From the NCBI GenBank assembly GCA_045863335.1, contig BTVY01000006.1, positions 96,001 to 160,000 of the forward strand: 64,000 nt of DNA, in the 5' to 3' direction. Each line of letters starts with the position of its first letter. Positions within the stretch are counted from its first letter, which is position 1. This DNA comes from Candidatus Hydrogenedentota bacterium. Lineage in GTDB: Bacteria; Hydrogenedentota; Hydrogenedentia; Hydrogenedentales; SLHB01. The translations under genes and the position numbers were made by a program. Positions 8,400 to 19,993 of the stretch are shown piece by piece. The notes under the pieces were generated by a model. The model ran no database searches. It was not told the origin of the DNA and saw nothing but the letters and a program-made list of their open reading frames with translations.

Positions 8400-9188
8400 T
8401 CAAACGAATGATGGACCGAATGACTCCACGAGCGCGTCCAGGAAAACCTGGTCTAACGCGCGGGTATCGCGAGATCTGGCGCGGTCGGGTTTGGACGCGG
8501 ATAGCCGCTCAATTTCGGTTTGCAGAAAATCGGAAATGACGTCAATGCGAGGGCCGCGATCCAGCTCGTTTCCCAATCGCTTTCGTTTCAGGAGATCGTC
8601 AATTGCGGTGCGGACGGAAGAGTTGTCGACAACCCGATCGACAAGCGCCGCGAACTCCATCGGCACGACGCCGTAGCCGCGTTCGATCCAGGTGCACGCA
8701 AGTACCGGGCGCAGCACGTAGAAGTATTTTTTGACCCAGACTTCCTCGCCCTGCAGGTGCTCGCGAAGATTCCCGCGGGCCATGTGGAGATAATGGTGCA
8801 TGCACGATATTGGGGAGTAGTAATCGTCCAAGAGCTGCCGAATTCGCGAGATCGTCTTTCCGTTCTCGCAGTAGACAATGGGCGACTGGATCCATTCCAG
8901 CAAAGGGGGATTCGATTTCCGGAAAAGCTGCAAGGCCTTGGGTAGATCCCATCCGGATACATCCAGCCCTTCATTAATAGGCCTTTCGATTACGTCTCGT
9001 CCGCGTTGAATCGACAGGTACCACTGCGGTGGACGGACATAGAGGAACCGAACGTCGTAATCACTATCCGCCGACGCGAATCCCCAGGCGCGGCTCCCTG
9101 ACTCGCACGCGTAAATGACACGAACATTCTCGTCGCGTTCGATTTGCTCGAGGGTCAGTTGTATCTGTTCTGCAACGCCGTCCTGCAT
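8400..9188 (-). CDS. Pol-beta-superfamily nucleotidyltransferase (YcgL/RlaP-like)
   Basis: YACESGSRAWGFASADSDYDVRF, GWDL.KAL.L..KSNP.LLEW, KKYFYVLRP. Confidence 0.88.
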   Translation of the reverse strand: MQDGVAEQIQLTLEQIERDENVRVIYACESGSRAWGFASADSDYDVRFLYVRPPQWYLSIQRGRDVIERPINEGLDVSGWDLPKALQLFRKSNPPLLEWIQSPIVYCENGKTISRIRQLLDDYYSPISCMHHYLHMARGNLREHLQGEEVWVKKYFYVLRPVLACTWIERGYGVVPMEFAALVDRVVDNSSVRTAIDDLLKRKRLGNELDRGPRIDVISDFLQTEIERLSASKPDRARSRDTRALDQVFLDALVESFGPSFV

Positions 9189-9346
9189 GTCTATATACTG
9201 CCTGCACTTGGGCACCGAATTCATGTGCAGGTCTTTTAAAGCTTCCGTTACGCCCAGAGAATCGAAAGTTCTTTGACCACCGCGCGTCCCGGTGCTAGGC
9301 TTTGGGCTGGTCTGCGTTGTTGTGCCAACACGGAATTCTTCTTCCC

Positions 9347-11092
9347 ATGACTGCCTTTGGCGATATCCATTTTGTATCCCGCTCCGGCTCGCGGTGGTTT
9401 CGCGATCCGGTCGCGGTGTGTGCCGCGGAACGGCTCGAGGAGGTCGCGCCGTGTCTGGAGGCGGTGGCGGAACACGTGGCGAACGGACGCTACGCCGCGG
9501 GCTTTCTTGCGTATGAGGCCGCGCCGGCCTTTGACAAGGCCCTGCGTTGTCACGCAGCTTCGGCGTTACCGTTAGCCTGGTTTGCTATTTACAGCGAACC
9601 GGTGGATGCCCCTGCCTGCGACGAAGATTCATTCGCAGTCGGTTCGTGGGAGGCATCGTTATCACGGGACGCCTACGTGGAACGCGTGCAGCGCTTGCGC
9701 GCATTGATCGCGGCGGGCGACACGTATCAGGTGAACTTCACATTCCCCCTGCGCGCGACGTTTCAGGGGTCCGCCCATGCCTGGTTTCGCGCGTTGTGCA
9801 ATGCTCAGCCGACCCAACATGCGGCGTTCCTCGATCTCGGGCGCCATCAGATCGTATCGGTATCGCCGGAACTCTTTTTCGAGCGCGAAGGGAATACCCT
9901 GCGCGTGCGGCCCATGAAAGGCACGGCATCGCGCGGGCGGTTTCCGGAAGAAGACGAGGTCCACGCGCGCGCTCTTGCCGCGTCTGACAAAAACCGCTCG
10001 GAGAACGTCATGATCGTCGATCTCTTGCGCAACGATCTTGGTCGCATCAGCGAAACCGGTTCCGTACGCGTGGAGCGGCTTTTCGACGTGGAGCGATATC
10101 CGACCCTCTGGCAGATGACGTCCACCATCGCATGCGAATCACGGGCGTCCGTGCCGGAGATCTTCGCCGCGCTATTTCCCTCAGGTTCCGTGACCGGCGC
10201 GCCTAAAGTTCGCACTATGGAGATCATCCGCGAATTCGAGGACGGTCCCCGCGGCGTGTATTGTGGCGCCATCGGGTACTGGGAGCCGTCGGGCCGCGCT
10301 GCGTTCAACGTGGCCATTCGCACCGCAACGGTGGACACCGAAACCGGCGCGGTGGAGTATCCCGTCGGCAGCGGTATCACATGGGATTCCGCGCCGGACG
10401 GCGAGTACGAGGAGTGCCTCGCGAAAGCGGCCGTGTTGACCGCGAATCGGCCGGAGTTTTCCTTGCTGGAATCCATCCGCTACGAGGGCGGGTATTTTCT
10501 TCTGGATCGGCACCTCGACCGCCTCGCGGCCAGCGCCCGGTATTTTGGTTTTGCCTGCGACATCGCCGCGCTGCGTGCGGCACTGGATGTAGCGGCGCGC
10601 GATTTCATCGATGTGCCGCTCAAGGTCCGTCTGCTCGTCGACCGCGACGGATGTTATCGCATCGAGTCCGCCCCGGCCCCGGTCGCCGAATCCATCCGCG
10701 TCGGTCTCGCGCGAACGCCGGTGAATTCGAACGACATCTTCCTCTTCCACAAGACCACTCATCGCACGACCTACGAAACGGCCCGCGCGTCGCGGCCGGA
10801 TTGCGATGAGGTACTGCTCTGGAACGAACACGGCGAGATCACGGAGAGCACGACGGCAAACGTCGTCGTCGAACTGGACGGGCGCATGATAACGCCGCCG
10901 GTCTCCTGTGGTCTTCTCGCGGGGACTTTCCGCGCGGAGTTGTTGGCCCGCGGCGAGATTGCGGAAGGTGTCATTACAGTCGATGACCTCGCGCGATGTA
11001 GCGCCATTCATCTCGTCAACTCCGTGCGCCGCTGGATTCCGGTCGGCTTCATCGCGCACACTGAGTCCGAAACCGAAACGGTCGCCGGCTAG
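9347..11092 (+). CDS. pabB: Aminodeoxychorismate synthase component I fused to an ADC-lyase-like (class IV aminotransferase) domain
   Basis: GDTYQVN, SPELFF, PMKGT, ENVMIVDLLRNDL, FPSGSVTGAPK; C-terminal HKTT.R, ITESTTAN, GLLAGT.R. Confidence 0.9.
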   Translation: MTAFGDIHFVSRSGSRWFRDPVAVCAAERLEEVAPCLEAVAEHVANGRYAAGFLAYEAAPAFDKALRCHAASALPLAWFAIYSEPVDAPACDEDSFAVGSWEASLSRDAYVERVQRLRALIAAGDTYQVNFTFPLRATFQGSAHAWFRALCNAQPTQHAAFLDLGRHQIVSVSPELFFEREGNTLRVRPMKGTASRGRFPEEDEVHARALAASDKNRSENVMIVDLLRNDLGRISETGSVRVERLFDVERYPTLWQMTSTIACESRASVPEIFAALFPSGSVTGAPKVRTMEIIREFEDGPRGVYCGAIGYWEPSGRAAFNVAIRTATVDTETGAVEYPVGSGITWDSAPDGEYEECLAKAAVLTANRPEFSLLESIRYEGGYFLLDRHLDRLAASARYFGFACDIAALRAALDVAARDFIDVPLKVRLLVDRDGCYRIESAPAPVAESIRVGLARTPVNSNDIFLFHKTTHRTTYETARASRPDCDEVLLWNEHGEITESTTANVVVELDGRMITPPVSCGLLAGTFRAELLARGEIAEGVITVDDLARCSAIHLVNSVRRWIPVGFIAHTESETETVAG

Positions 11093-11120
11093 AGCGCCCA
11101 AATCCGGAAAGGGGATCGCC

Positions 11121-12494
11121 ATGACGTCGTCCGACGAACGAAACTCGCATACGATAACCCGCGGCGAATTCCTGCAGACCAGCGCCGCCGCGGTTGCACT
11201 GAGCGGGGGTTGCGCCGCCCTGCCGCGCACACCCGCCCCGCGTCCGAACTTCGTCATCTTCATCGCCGACGACCACGACCTGTTCTACAACGGCTGTTAC
11301 GGCAACGAAACCATCCGCACGCCCAACATTGATCGCATCGCCCGAGAAGGCCTCCGCTTCGACAGCATGTACACCGCCACGGCCATGTGCGCCCCCAGCC
11401 GCTCCATGCTGTACACGGGACTCTTCCCCCATCGCAACGGCGCGCACCAGAATCACAGCAGCATCCGCGACGGCATCGACACCTTACCGGTCTATCTCGG
11501 CGCCTTGGGGTATCGCGTCGCCCTCGCCGGAAAACGCCACATCAAACCCGAGACCGCGTTCCCCTTCGAGTACATCGAGCAGGATGCCGTCGGCGCGTTT
11601 CTTGACGACGTCGGCGATACGCCGTTCTGTCTCATCATCGCGTCCAAGCAGCCACACACACCCCACGAAACCGGCGGGTACAGTCCCGAGGAAGTCCTAC
11701 TGCACCCCGCGCTGCTCGACACCCCGGCGACGCGGCAGCGCGTCGCGGACTATTGCACGGATATCGATCTCCTCGATGCGGAAGTCGGCGTTGCGCTGGA
11801 TGCGCTCGAATCACGGGGTCGACTCGACACGTCGCTCTTCATCTACACCAGCGATCACGGCGCGCCCTTGCCCTTTGGGAAATGGACCTGTTACGAGTCG
11901 GGCTTGCGCGTGCCCTTCGCGATCCGCTGGCCAGGGCACGTCCCCGCGGGCACGACGACAGACGCCATGATCGAATTTGTCGACGTGCTGCCCACCTTCA
12001 TCGATCTCGCAGGCGGCACCCCGCCGGGCGACCTCGACGGAATGAGTTTCGCCAAGCTTCTGCAAGGCAAGGTCACCGAGCATCGCGATACCATCTACGG
12101 GACGCACACGACGGACGGCATCAACAACGGCGGCTTCTATCCGATTCGTTCGGTGCGCGTGGGGAATCTGAAATACATCCTCAACCTGAACCCGGACGGC
12201 ATCTTCACGAACAATATCACCGAAGGCGGGGAACGCTTCGGCGAATTATGGGACTCGTGGAAAGCCCTCGCAACGACCAACGGCTGGGCCGAAGATCGCT
12301 TCACGCTCTATCAGCACCGCCCCTTGCAGGAACTCTACGACCTTGCGGTCGACCCCCACGAACTCCACAACCTCGCGGAGGACGAAGAATACGCGCCGCA
12401 GATGGTCCCCCTGCGCCGCCGTCTCTTGTCCTGGATGCGCGACCAAGACGACCCGCACTACGCGCGCGCGGAAGCGTACTTCGCGCAACGCTGA
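11121..12494 (+). CDS. Sulfatase (exported)
   Basis: PNFVIFIADD, CAPSR formylglycine motif, GKRH, SDHG, ELYDL..DP.E..NLA; Tat-like leader. Confidence 0.92.
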   Translation: MTSSDERNSHTITRGEFLQTSAAAVALSGGCAALPRTPAPRPNFVIFIADDHDLFYNGCYGNETIRTPNIDRIAREGLRFDSMYTATAMCAPSRSMLYTGLFPHRNGAHQNHSSIRDGIDTLPVYLGALGYRVALAGKRHIKPETAFPFEYIEQDAVGAFLDDVGDTPFCLIIASKQPHTPHETGGYSPEEVLLHPALLDTPATRQRVADYCTDIDLLDAEVGVALDALESRGRLDTSLFIYTSDHGAPLPFGKWTCYESGLRVPFAIRWPGHVPAGTTTDAMIEFVDVLPTFIDLAGGTPPGDLDGMSFAKLLQGKVTEHRDTIYGTHTTDGINNGGFYPIRSVRVGNLKYILNLNPDGIFTNNITEGGERFGELWDSWKALATTNGWAEDRFTLYQHRPLQELYDLAVDPHELHNLAEDEEYAPQMVPLRRRLLSWMRDQDDPHYARAEAYFAQR

Positions 12495-12559
12495 AGCAGA
12501 ACGTTCGCCTTGTATTCACCGGGATACTAAGAATGTGGCGCAATTGTTAGCCGCGCGCC

Positions 12560-12970
12560 TTATGTGCGCTCCGATTCCTGACGGAAATGCCCTCGACCCC
12601 GGTCACGGTAGCAATAGAACGCGAAGAACGCTGCCCAGACGACGGTCAAGACAATATGCGATGCGGAGATTTCACTAATCGTTCTGTGAGTATCAACGTA
12701 AAAAACTGTGTACTGAAAAACCGGAAGTATGATGAGCACAAAACGCGCCCAGCGCTTTCGGGAGAAAATGCCCCAGGTAAGCAGAAGAAGCCCCAGACCC
12801 ATCACCAACTGCGAGAGCGGATGGGTCAGTCGCTCTCCATCGATGGTTGGTGAGATACGAGGAAATCCAATCGCGACGAGTTGCAGCAGACCAACGATGC
12901 ATGCTGCAACTCAACCGGCTATCAGCAAGCCCGGCATCGACTTTTCATTTACAGGGACTGAATCAGCCAT
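12560..12970 (-). pseudogene. Small multi-TM membrane protein interrupted by an in-frame TGA at codon 20 (12913-12911)
   Basis: ATG at 12970 is in frame with ORF 12560-12808; translation MADSVPVNEKSMPGLLIAG*VAACIVGLLQLVAIG reads as one continuous TM helix. Confidence 0.55.
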
Positions 12971-13008
12971 GTTTTGCACCTACAAACCCAAAATCGCGGG
13001 TAGACATT

Positions 13009-13110
13009 CTGCCGCCCCCGTTCGGGGGCTATGAAAAAGGGGTGACCGTCTTTACCCAGGATTTCGCTTCGCTACATCCTGGGCTACAATCTGTCGCCCC
13101 TTACGGGGCT
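13009..13110. repeat. Composite REP/BIME-like element
   Basis: Two CTGYCGCCCC..GGGGCT hairpins flank a CCCAGGAT..ATCCTGGG hairpin. Confidence 0.65.
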
Positions 13111-13196
13111 ATTGTAACACTGGCATGCATTCCGTAGACGTAGCCATTGAGTTCGTCGGTCGTCGCACTTCAGACGCCGTTTTGCCCAATCGTCCT

Positions 13197-14273
13197 TTAA
13201 TCCGGTGTGCCGAGAAACCCGTCGCTCCAGAAGACGGGTTCGTAGCCCCGCTCGTGGACCCATTGAACCGCCGTGCGGACCTTGTCCATCACCGTGGGTT
13301 GGTAGTAGGAAAGCTCCTTCCGGAAGTACTGCTCGTGGATCAGCAGCTCGACCATCTCCGAGGTGTGCGGCGTGCTGGTGCGCGCGTTCAGGAAGGGTAC
13401 GACATCTTCGACCTCCAGCAGATTGACGACCGACGTGCAGCGAATGAAGAATAGCCCCGTGTCGCGGTCGTACCAGGCTCCGCGGCTGTCGCAGTAGGCG
13501 CACTGGGCGAGGTCGTGGTAGTACCCCGTTGTGCACTCGTTGTTCACGATTTCGAACAGCCCCACCAATTGCTCGATGCCCCGGTCGCGCACCGCAACGA
13601 TCGCGTCCGCGGGACATTCCGCCCAGTGCGTGGTGGTCGTTGTGCTCAACACTTCGTTGCCCGCGAAGCGCCGGATATGTCCGCACACGAGATCGTAATC
13701 ATGAGCGATCTGCGCGTACTTCGCATGGCGGTACGGCCGGTCCGGCTTGTCTTGCAACGCATGAAAACTCAGGTGGAGCCAATCCGCGCTGGCCTGCCAC
13801 TCGGCCTTCCAAATCGCGGGCATCTGCGTGAGATCGAACCCGTCCGTCTGGTAGTAGATGTTGAGGTGCGTCTTCGTGCCGTAGGTTTCGTGCAGTTCCC
13901 GCCAAAAGGCAAGATACCAGTGATCGAACAAGGACGGATACTTGCCCGGCTCCGTTCCAAGATCCTTGAGAAACTCGATGTTGTCATCCACCGAGAAGCG
14001 GTAGCGCGGACGGCTCCCGCGGTTCCACCACACGTCGATCGCGCATGTCGCATCTCCGGATTGCGCAACAATCGTGTTGCGCCGCTCCGTCAATTCGATC
14101 GCGCACGTGAATGTCCCGCCCGACACGCGCGCGGGAATCCCGTTCACGGTTACGGACCCTGCGTCGCATACGCCCTGCACCTGAATGGCGAGCGTCGCTC
14201 CTGATTCCGTCCCATCGTTCCGGTTCAACACATCCCCGTCTCGCGGCGAAGTGATTCTGATAGCGGTATCCAC
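13197..14273 (-). CDS. Ig-like domain + polysaccharide-deacetylase-like domain protein
   Basis: ITSP.DG Ig-like start; FSVDD, LSFHA, TTHW, LLIHEQYF motifs; GTG start with RBS. Confidence 0.6.
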   Translation of the reverse strand: MDTAIRITSPRDGDVLNRNDGTESGATLAIQVQGVCDAGSVTVNGIPARVSGGTFTCAIELTERRNTIVAQSGDATCAIDVWWNRGSRPRYRFSVDDNIEFLKDLGTEPGKYPSLFDHWYLAFWRELHETYGTKTHLNIYYQTDGFDLTQMPAIWKAEWQASADWLHLSFHALQDKPDRPYRHAKYAQIAHDYDLVCGHIRRFAGNEVLSTTTTTHWAECPADAIVAVRDRGIEQLVGLFEIVNNECTTGYYHDLAQCAYCDSRGAWYDRDTGLFFIRCTSVVNLLEVEDVVPFLNARTSTPHTSEMVELLIHEQYFRKELSYYQPTVMDKVRTAVQWVHERGYEPVFWSDGFLGTPD

Positions 14274-14328
14274 GTTCGTTTTTCCCCCTGAAATTCCTAC
14301 TCTGCAAACCCGCACGTATTATAAACAA

Positions 14329-14351
14329 GGAGGGCGGGTTTTCTAACCCGC
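14329..14351. repeat. REP-like palindrome GGAGGGCGGGTTTTCTAACCCGC
   Basis: GGAG tetranucleotide followed by a GCGGGTT/AACCCGC stem, intergenic. Confidence 0.45.
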
Positions 14352-14444
14352 GATATTCACTTCGTTGTGAGCGTCCCAGTGCATTCTGCAAGCTCGAGGA
14401 CTTCGCCGGAAGGAGAGTTGGTAGAGAACGGAACAGGTCGGGAA

Positions 14445-15548
14445 TCATTCCCGACCTACGGGGGCGCAATCCACGAGGGCCAGGCCGATCTCGTTGTTGA
14501 GCTCGAAGCCGCGTTCGGTAGGTTGCAATACCGACCCGGTATCTTTGACGAGTTCGCGTGCGGCAAGTTGGGCCAAGGCTGCGCCAAAATCGTCGTAGAC
14601 GTCTCGGCCGAAGCGTTCCGTGTACGCCTGTTTTGGCAAGCCTTCGGCAAGCCGGAGGTACTGAATGACGGTCTCCAAACGGATTTCGCGGGCGCTGAGT
14701 TCCAGCGCTTCGCACTTGCTGCCGGGGTCGGCGAGGTAGGCCTCCAGCTTCACGTGATTGCGCGCGCGGACGCCGTTCAGGAACGAGTACGCGCCGGGAC
14801 CGAATCCGGCATAGGTCTCGTTGTGCCAATAGCGCAGGTTGTGCCGGCACTCGAACCCGGGCCGCGCGAAGTTGGACACCTCGTACCGCGCGAGGGGTTT
14901 TAGTCCTTCCACCGTCTGCGTGTAGAGGTCGAGGTAGGTGTCGTCGTCGATGGCCTCGTCGGCGCGTTTGCCGAAAGGCGTGCCCGCCTCGTAGGTGAGG
15001 CCGTAGGACGACACGTGGGGCGGCGCGATGGCACGGCATTCTGCGAGGGTTGCAGGGTACGCGCTGACTGGGTGAGCGCCGAACATGAGGTCCAGGTTCC
15101 ACGATTCAAAGTGGTCCGCGACCAGCGCACACGCGCGGCGCGCGCCGTCCGCGTCGTGGCGGCGTCCGAGGTAGCGCAGGGCTTCCTCGTCAAAACTCTG
15201 CACGCCCATGCTGATGCGGTTCACGCCCAGATCACGCCACGCGACGATGAGGTCCTGCGTCACATCATCGGGATTGGCTTCGAGCGTAATCTCCGCTTCG
15301 CCGGTGAGGGAGAACTTCCGGCGCATCGTATCGAAGATGCGCTCCAACGACGCAGGCGCTACGAGCGACGGCGTACCGCCGCCAAAGAATACGCTCTCCA
15401 CATCGGTGTCGCCTTCGTAGCGCGCCATCTCGTCGCACAGGGCATTGATAAACGACTCCGGCACATTGCCCTTCGTCGGCCGCTTCACGAAGTCGCAATA
15501 CGGACAAATGGTCCGGCAGTAGGGGATGTGTATGTAGAGTCCGGTCAT
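14445..15548 (-). CDS. hemW: Radical SAM heme chaperone HemW
   Basis: LYIHIPYCRTICPYCDF, FGGGTPS, EANP, YEVSNFA, HNLRYW. Confidence 0.92.
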   Translation of the reverse strand: MTGLYIHIPYCRTICPYCDFVKRPTKGNVPESFINALCDEMARYEGDTDVESVFFGGGTPSLVAPASLERIFDTMRRKFSLTGEAEITLEANPDDVTQDLIVAWRDLGVNRISMGVQSFDEEALRYLGRRHDADGARRACALVADHFESWNLDLMFGAHPVSAYPATLAECRAIAPPHVSSYGLTYEAGTPFGKRADEAIDDDTYLDLYTQTVEGLKPLARYEVSNFARPGFECRHNLRYWHNETYAGFGPGAYSFLNGVRARNHVKLEAYLADPGSKCEALELSAREIRLETVIQYLRLAEGLPKQAYTERFGRDVYDDFGAALAQLAARELVKDTGSVLQPTERGFELNNEIGLALVDCAPVGRE

Positions 15549-15563
15549 GGATATCGCGGTTTC

Positions 15564-15599
15564 TATGGACGATATGGATACTATGGACCATATGGACGA
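15564..15599. repeat. 4 x 9-bp tandem repeat TATGGAYNN
   Basis: tatggacga tatggatac tatggacca tatggacga, just upstream of hemW. Confidence 0.8.
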
Positions 15600-15712
15600 C
15601 GCTCACGCATAGTCCGATCTCGATCGGAGGGCAAGTTTTCTTACCCGCCAAGCCAAGCACTGCGAAAACTCGAACGACGCCTTACCGGGAGTTGACCCCG
15701 TCATCAGTAGTC

Positions 15713-17122
15713 TCAACCTTGCGCTTCGCCTTTTGCGACGGATCGAATTCGATGGGGCGGCCACCATACGGCCGAAACGACGCCCACGAGGGAATCCTTC
15801 GGAACAAAGCCGACGATTCGGCTGTCGGGACCGGTCGAACCATCTTCCGCGAGAACGAGGAATTGGTCTTCGGGCACAGTGGATTTCCTCTTGCCGAGCC
15901 ACTTGGCGCGTTCCTTGGAATCGGAATCCTCTGGCGCGCCCTCGCGCTGCGCCGAGCGGCCGGTGGACGTGCCGTTTACATAAACCACGCCGTCTTCGAC
16001 GGCGATCGTGTCGCCAGGGGAACCGGCAACCACACCAAACGCAAGGTCCGTGGCGGAGGCGCCGCCGGGCGCGTGAACGGAAACAGTGAACGCAACACTT
16101 TCGCCAGGCTCAGGCGCGCGCCCCGGGTACACCGGGATGCCGAGAAGCGGAAGCCGCACACCGAAGGCGGCGCGATTGATGAGCACGCGTTCTCCTTTGG
16201 CCGCGCGTTTGCCCAGCGCACCGCCCCGCAGCCGCCAGGGCAGGAAGAAAAAGGCGCGGCACACTTCATACCCAATGAGTAGGCCGGGAATGCCGAACAG
16301 CAGGGCGAGGCCCGTTGCGGTGTCCGTAAATCCGCTGAGGTCCTTTCGATGGCCGATGGGCCACCACACGCAGAACGCCCGGCCCAGCAAATGGTCGTGC
16401 GGCACCCAGCCGAAATACCGGCCATCCTGGCTGTTCGCGCTGTTGTCGCCCATCATGAGGTAGTGGTCTTCCGGCACGACCGCATACTGATCTTCTTCGC
16501 GAACGCCGTAATTCAGCAGGCCCGCACGTTCCATCTGGGCGAGCTTGCTGTAGTAGGCGCGCGCCATCTGCAGGGCTTCGCCGGGATTCTGCGGGTTCTC
16601 CGCGATGATAGCTCGTTGCACGTCTTCGAAAGGCGGCTCTTCGCCCACGTAATGCACGTCCGGCATGTCCTCCGGAAGTTCGAGGGGTTCGCCATCGGCG
16701 TAGATCTTGCCGTTGAAGATGTGAATGCGCTCGCCCGGCAGACCGACCACGCGTTTGATCAGGATCTTGCGCGGTTCCTCGGGCTCGACCGAACGGAACA
16801 CGACGATGTCCCAACGCTTCGGTTCGTCCAGGCGGAAGATGCGTGTATTCGTAAAGGGGATGCGCGGACCGTAGATCCATTTGTTCACGAACACGCGGTC
16901 CCCGATAAAGAACCCGGGATCGCCATGCAAGGTCGGCTCCATGGATCCACTGGGAATCCGGAACGGCTGAATGCCGATCCACCATACCGTCAGCACGATG
17001 GCGATCAGCTTGACCCAACTGACCAGATTCTCCCAGGTCCAGGGCCCGGTGATGGATTGAATGGATTGGGCTACGACTTGCCAGATGCCGCTTTCAGCGG
17101 GTGCTACTCGAGGTTTCTTCAT
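15713..17122 (-). CDS. lepB: Signal peptidase I with a second, degenerate S26 domain
   Basis: IPSGSMEPTL, IKRVVGLPG, MMGDNSANSQDGRYFG in domain 1; directly follows lepA. Confidence 0.9.
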   Translation of the reverse strand: MKKPRVAPAESGIWQVVAQSIQSITGPWTWENLVSWVKLIAIVLTVWWIGIQPFRIPSGSMEPTLHGDPGFFIGDRVFVNKWIYGPRIPFTNTRIFRLDEPKRWDIVVFRSVEPEEPRKILIKRVVGLPGERIHIFNGKIYADGEPLELPEDMPDVHYVGEEPPFEDVQRAIIAENPQNPGEALQMARAYYSKLAQMERAGLLNYGVREEDQYAVVPEDHYLMMGDNSANSQDGRYFGWVPHDHLLGRAFCVWWPIGHRKDLSGFTDTATGLALLFGIPGLLIGYEVCRAFFFLPWRLRGGALGKRAAKGERVLINRAAFGVRLPLLGIPVYPGRAPEPGESVAFTVSVHAPGGASATDLAFGVVAGSPGDTIAVEDGVVYVNGTSTGRSAQREGAPEDSDSKERAKWLGKRKSTVPEDQFLVLAEDGSTGPDSRIVGFVPKDSLVGVVSAVWWPPHRIRSVAKGEAQG

Positions 17123-17123
17123 C

Positions 17124-18941
<1,818 letters not shown>

Positions 18942-18974
18942 ATCAGGTTCGATGCTCAATCCTGCACGTTGCGT

Positions 18975-19727
18975 TTAGGGAAACAACTGCGCGATGACGC
19001 GCAAGCTGCGAAATTCACTCTCCACCTGTCGGGCCGCGTACCGGCTGATTATGTCGAAAACCTCGGGCGAATCGTCGACCTCGGGACACCGGTCGCGCGC
19101 CGCCGCCAATCGCTTTAGGCGCTCCAAGTTGTCCATGCGAAGCGATCGATCGGCACGCTCGCCGGGCGACACGATTCCCGCATCGTACGAGAATCCGGCA
19201 CTGCGTTTGCCTTCAATGTCGCCGTTCAGTTCAGGTTCAAACCCGGCCACGCGCAGCAACTGCAATATCTGCCACGCCGCATGCACGCGAACCGGACCGG
19301 TCCAAGCGCACATGCCGTCGAGGCCCCGAAGTAGCGTGTCGTACAACGCCCGGGACGGCTCGTTCTCCTGTGCTGTCTTGTACGCGAACTCCAGCGGAAA
19401 CGCCGCGTACGCGCCCTTGGCCAAGTCCGCCTTCAGCGCACTGAACCCATCCAGCAGCGATGCTTCGCCGAGCTTCTGGACGCTGCGGCCGTCTTTCCAG
19501 TAGTAGACAATCTCGAGCCGGTTGAACGTATCCAGCAGGCCCGCCAATTGGCTCTTCGGCCGCCGTACGCCTGCTGCCATGCACGCCAATTTGCCCCGCT
19601 CGGGACTCAGAAAGGTCACGATCCGGCTCGTTTCGCTGAAATCCACGGCCCGAATCACCACGACTTCCGATCGCTCTTGCGACACTGGCGGCTCCCGCGC
19701 GACGGTTTCCGGCCCCGAGGCCGGCAT
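18975..19727 (-). CDS. recO: DNA repair protein RecO
   Basis: VVIRAVDFSETSRIVTFLS...GKL...A.G.RRPKS N-terminal OB fold. Confidence 0.88.
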   Translation of the reverse strand: MPASGPETVAREPPVSQERSEVVVIRAVDFSETSRIVTFLSPERGKLACMAAGVRRPKSQLAGLLDTFNRLEIVYYWKDGRSVQKLGEASLLDGFSALKADLAKGAYAAFPLEFAYKTAQENEPSRALYDTLLRGLDGMCAWTGPVRVHAAWQILQLLRVAGFEPELNGDIEGKRSAGFSYDAGIVSPGERADRSLRMDNLERLKRLAAARDRCPEVDDSPEVFDIISRYAARQVESEFRSLRVIAQLFP

Positions 19728-19846
19728 CGGTTCAATCGTACAAACCGCCCAACGTCAGTGCTTGCACGGGGAAGCAGACTGGAACCAGGCGGGCAAACGC
19801 TCCTAAAGGATACCATTCCGGCGAATGGGACGCAAAAGACAGGTGC

Positions 19847-19931
19847 GAGGCTGGAGACTGGAGGCTGGAGGTACGAGCTGCCGCCAGCACCGGTTGGGCC
19901 CAATCCGCCCGATCAGTCGGATCGGTCGGAT
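19847..19931. repeat. Periodic microrepeat cluster: 7-mer GAGRCTG x3.5 and a degenerate 9-mer GTCGGATCG run
   Basis: gaggctg gagactg gaggctg gagg (19847-19871), then ccgatcagtcggatcggtcggat. Confidence 0.6.
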
Positions 19932-19993
19932 GGGGCTGGTGCGTTTGCCACCGCTGGCATCCGTGTCGGTCTGTGTTGGTCGCTGTCTTGGTC

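Noticed and set aside
15564-15599. CRISPR array at the short periodic repeats
   Set aside because: Units are 7-9 bp without spacers, and there are no cas genes.
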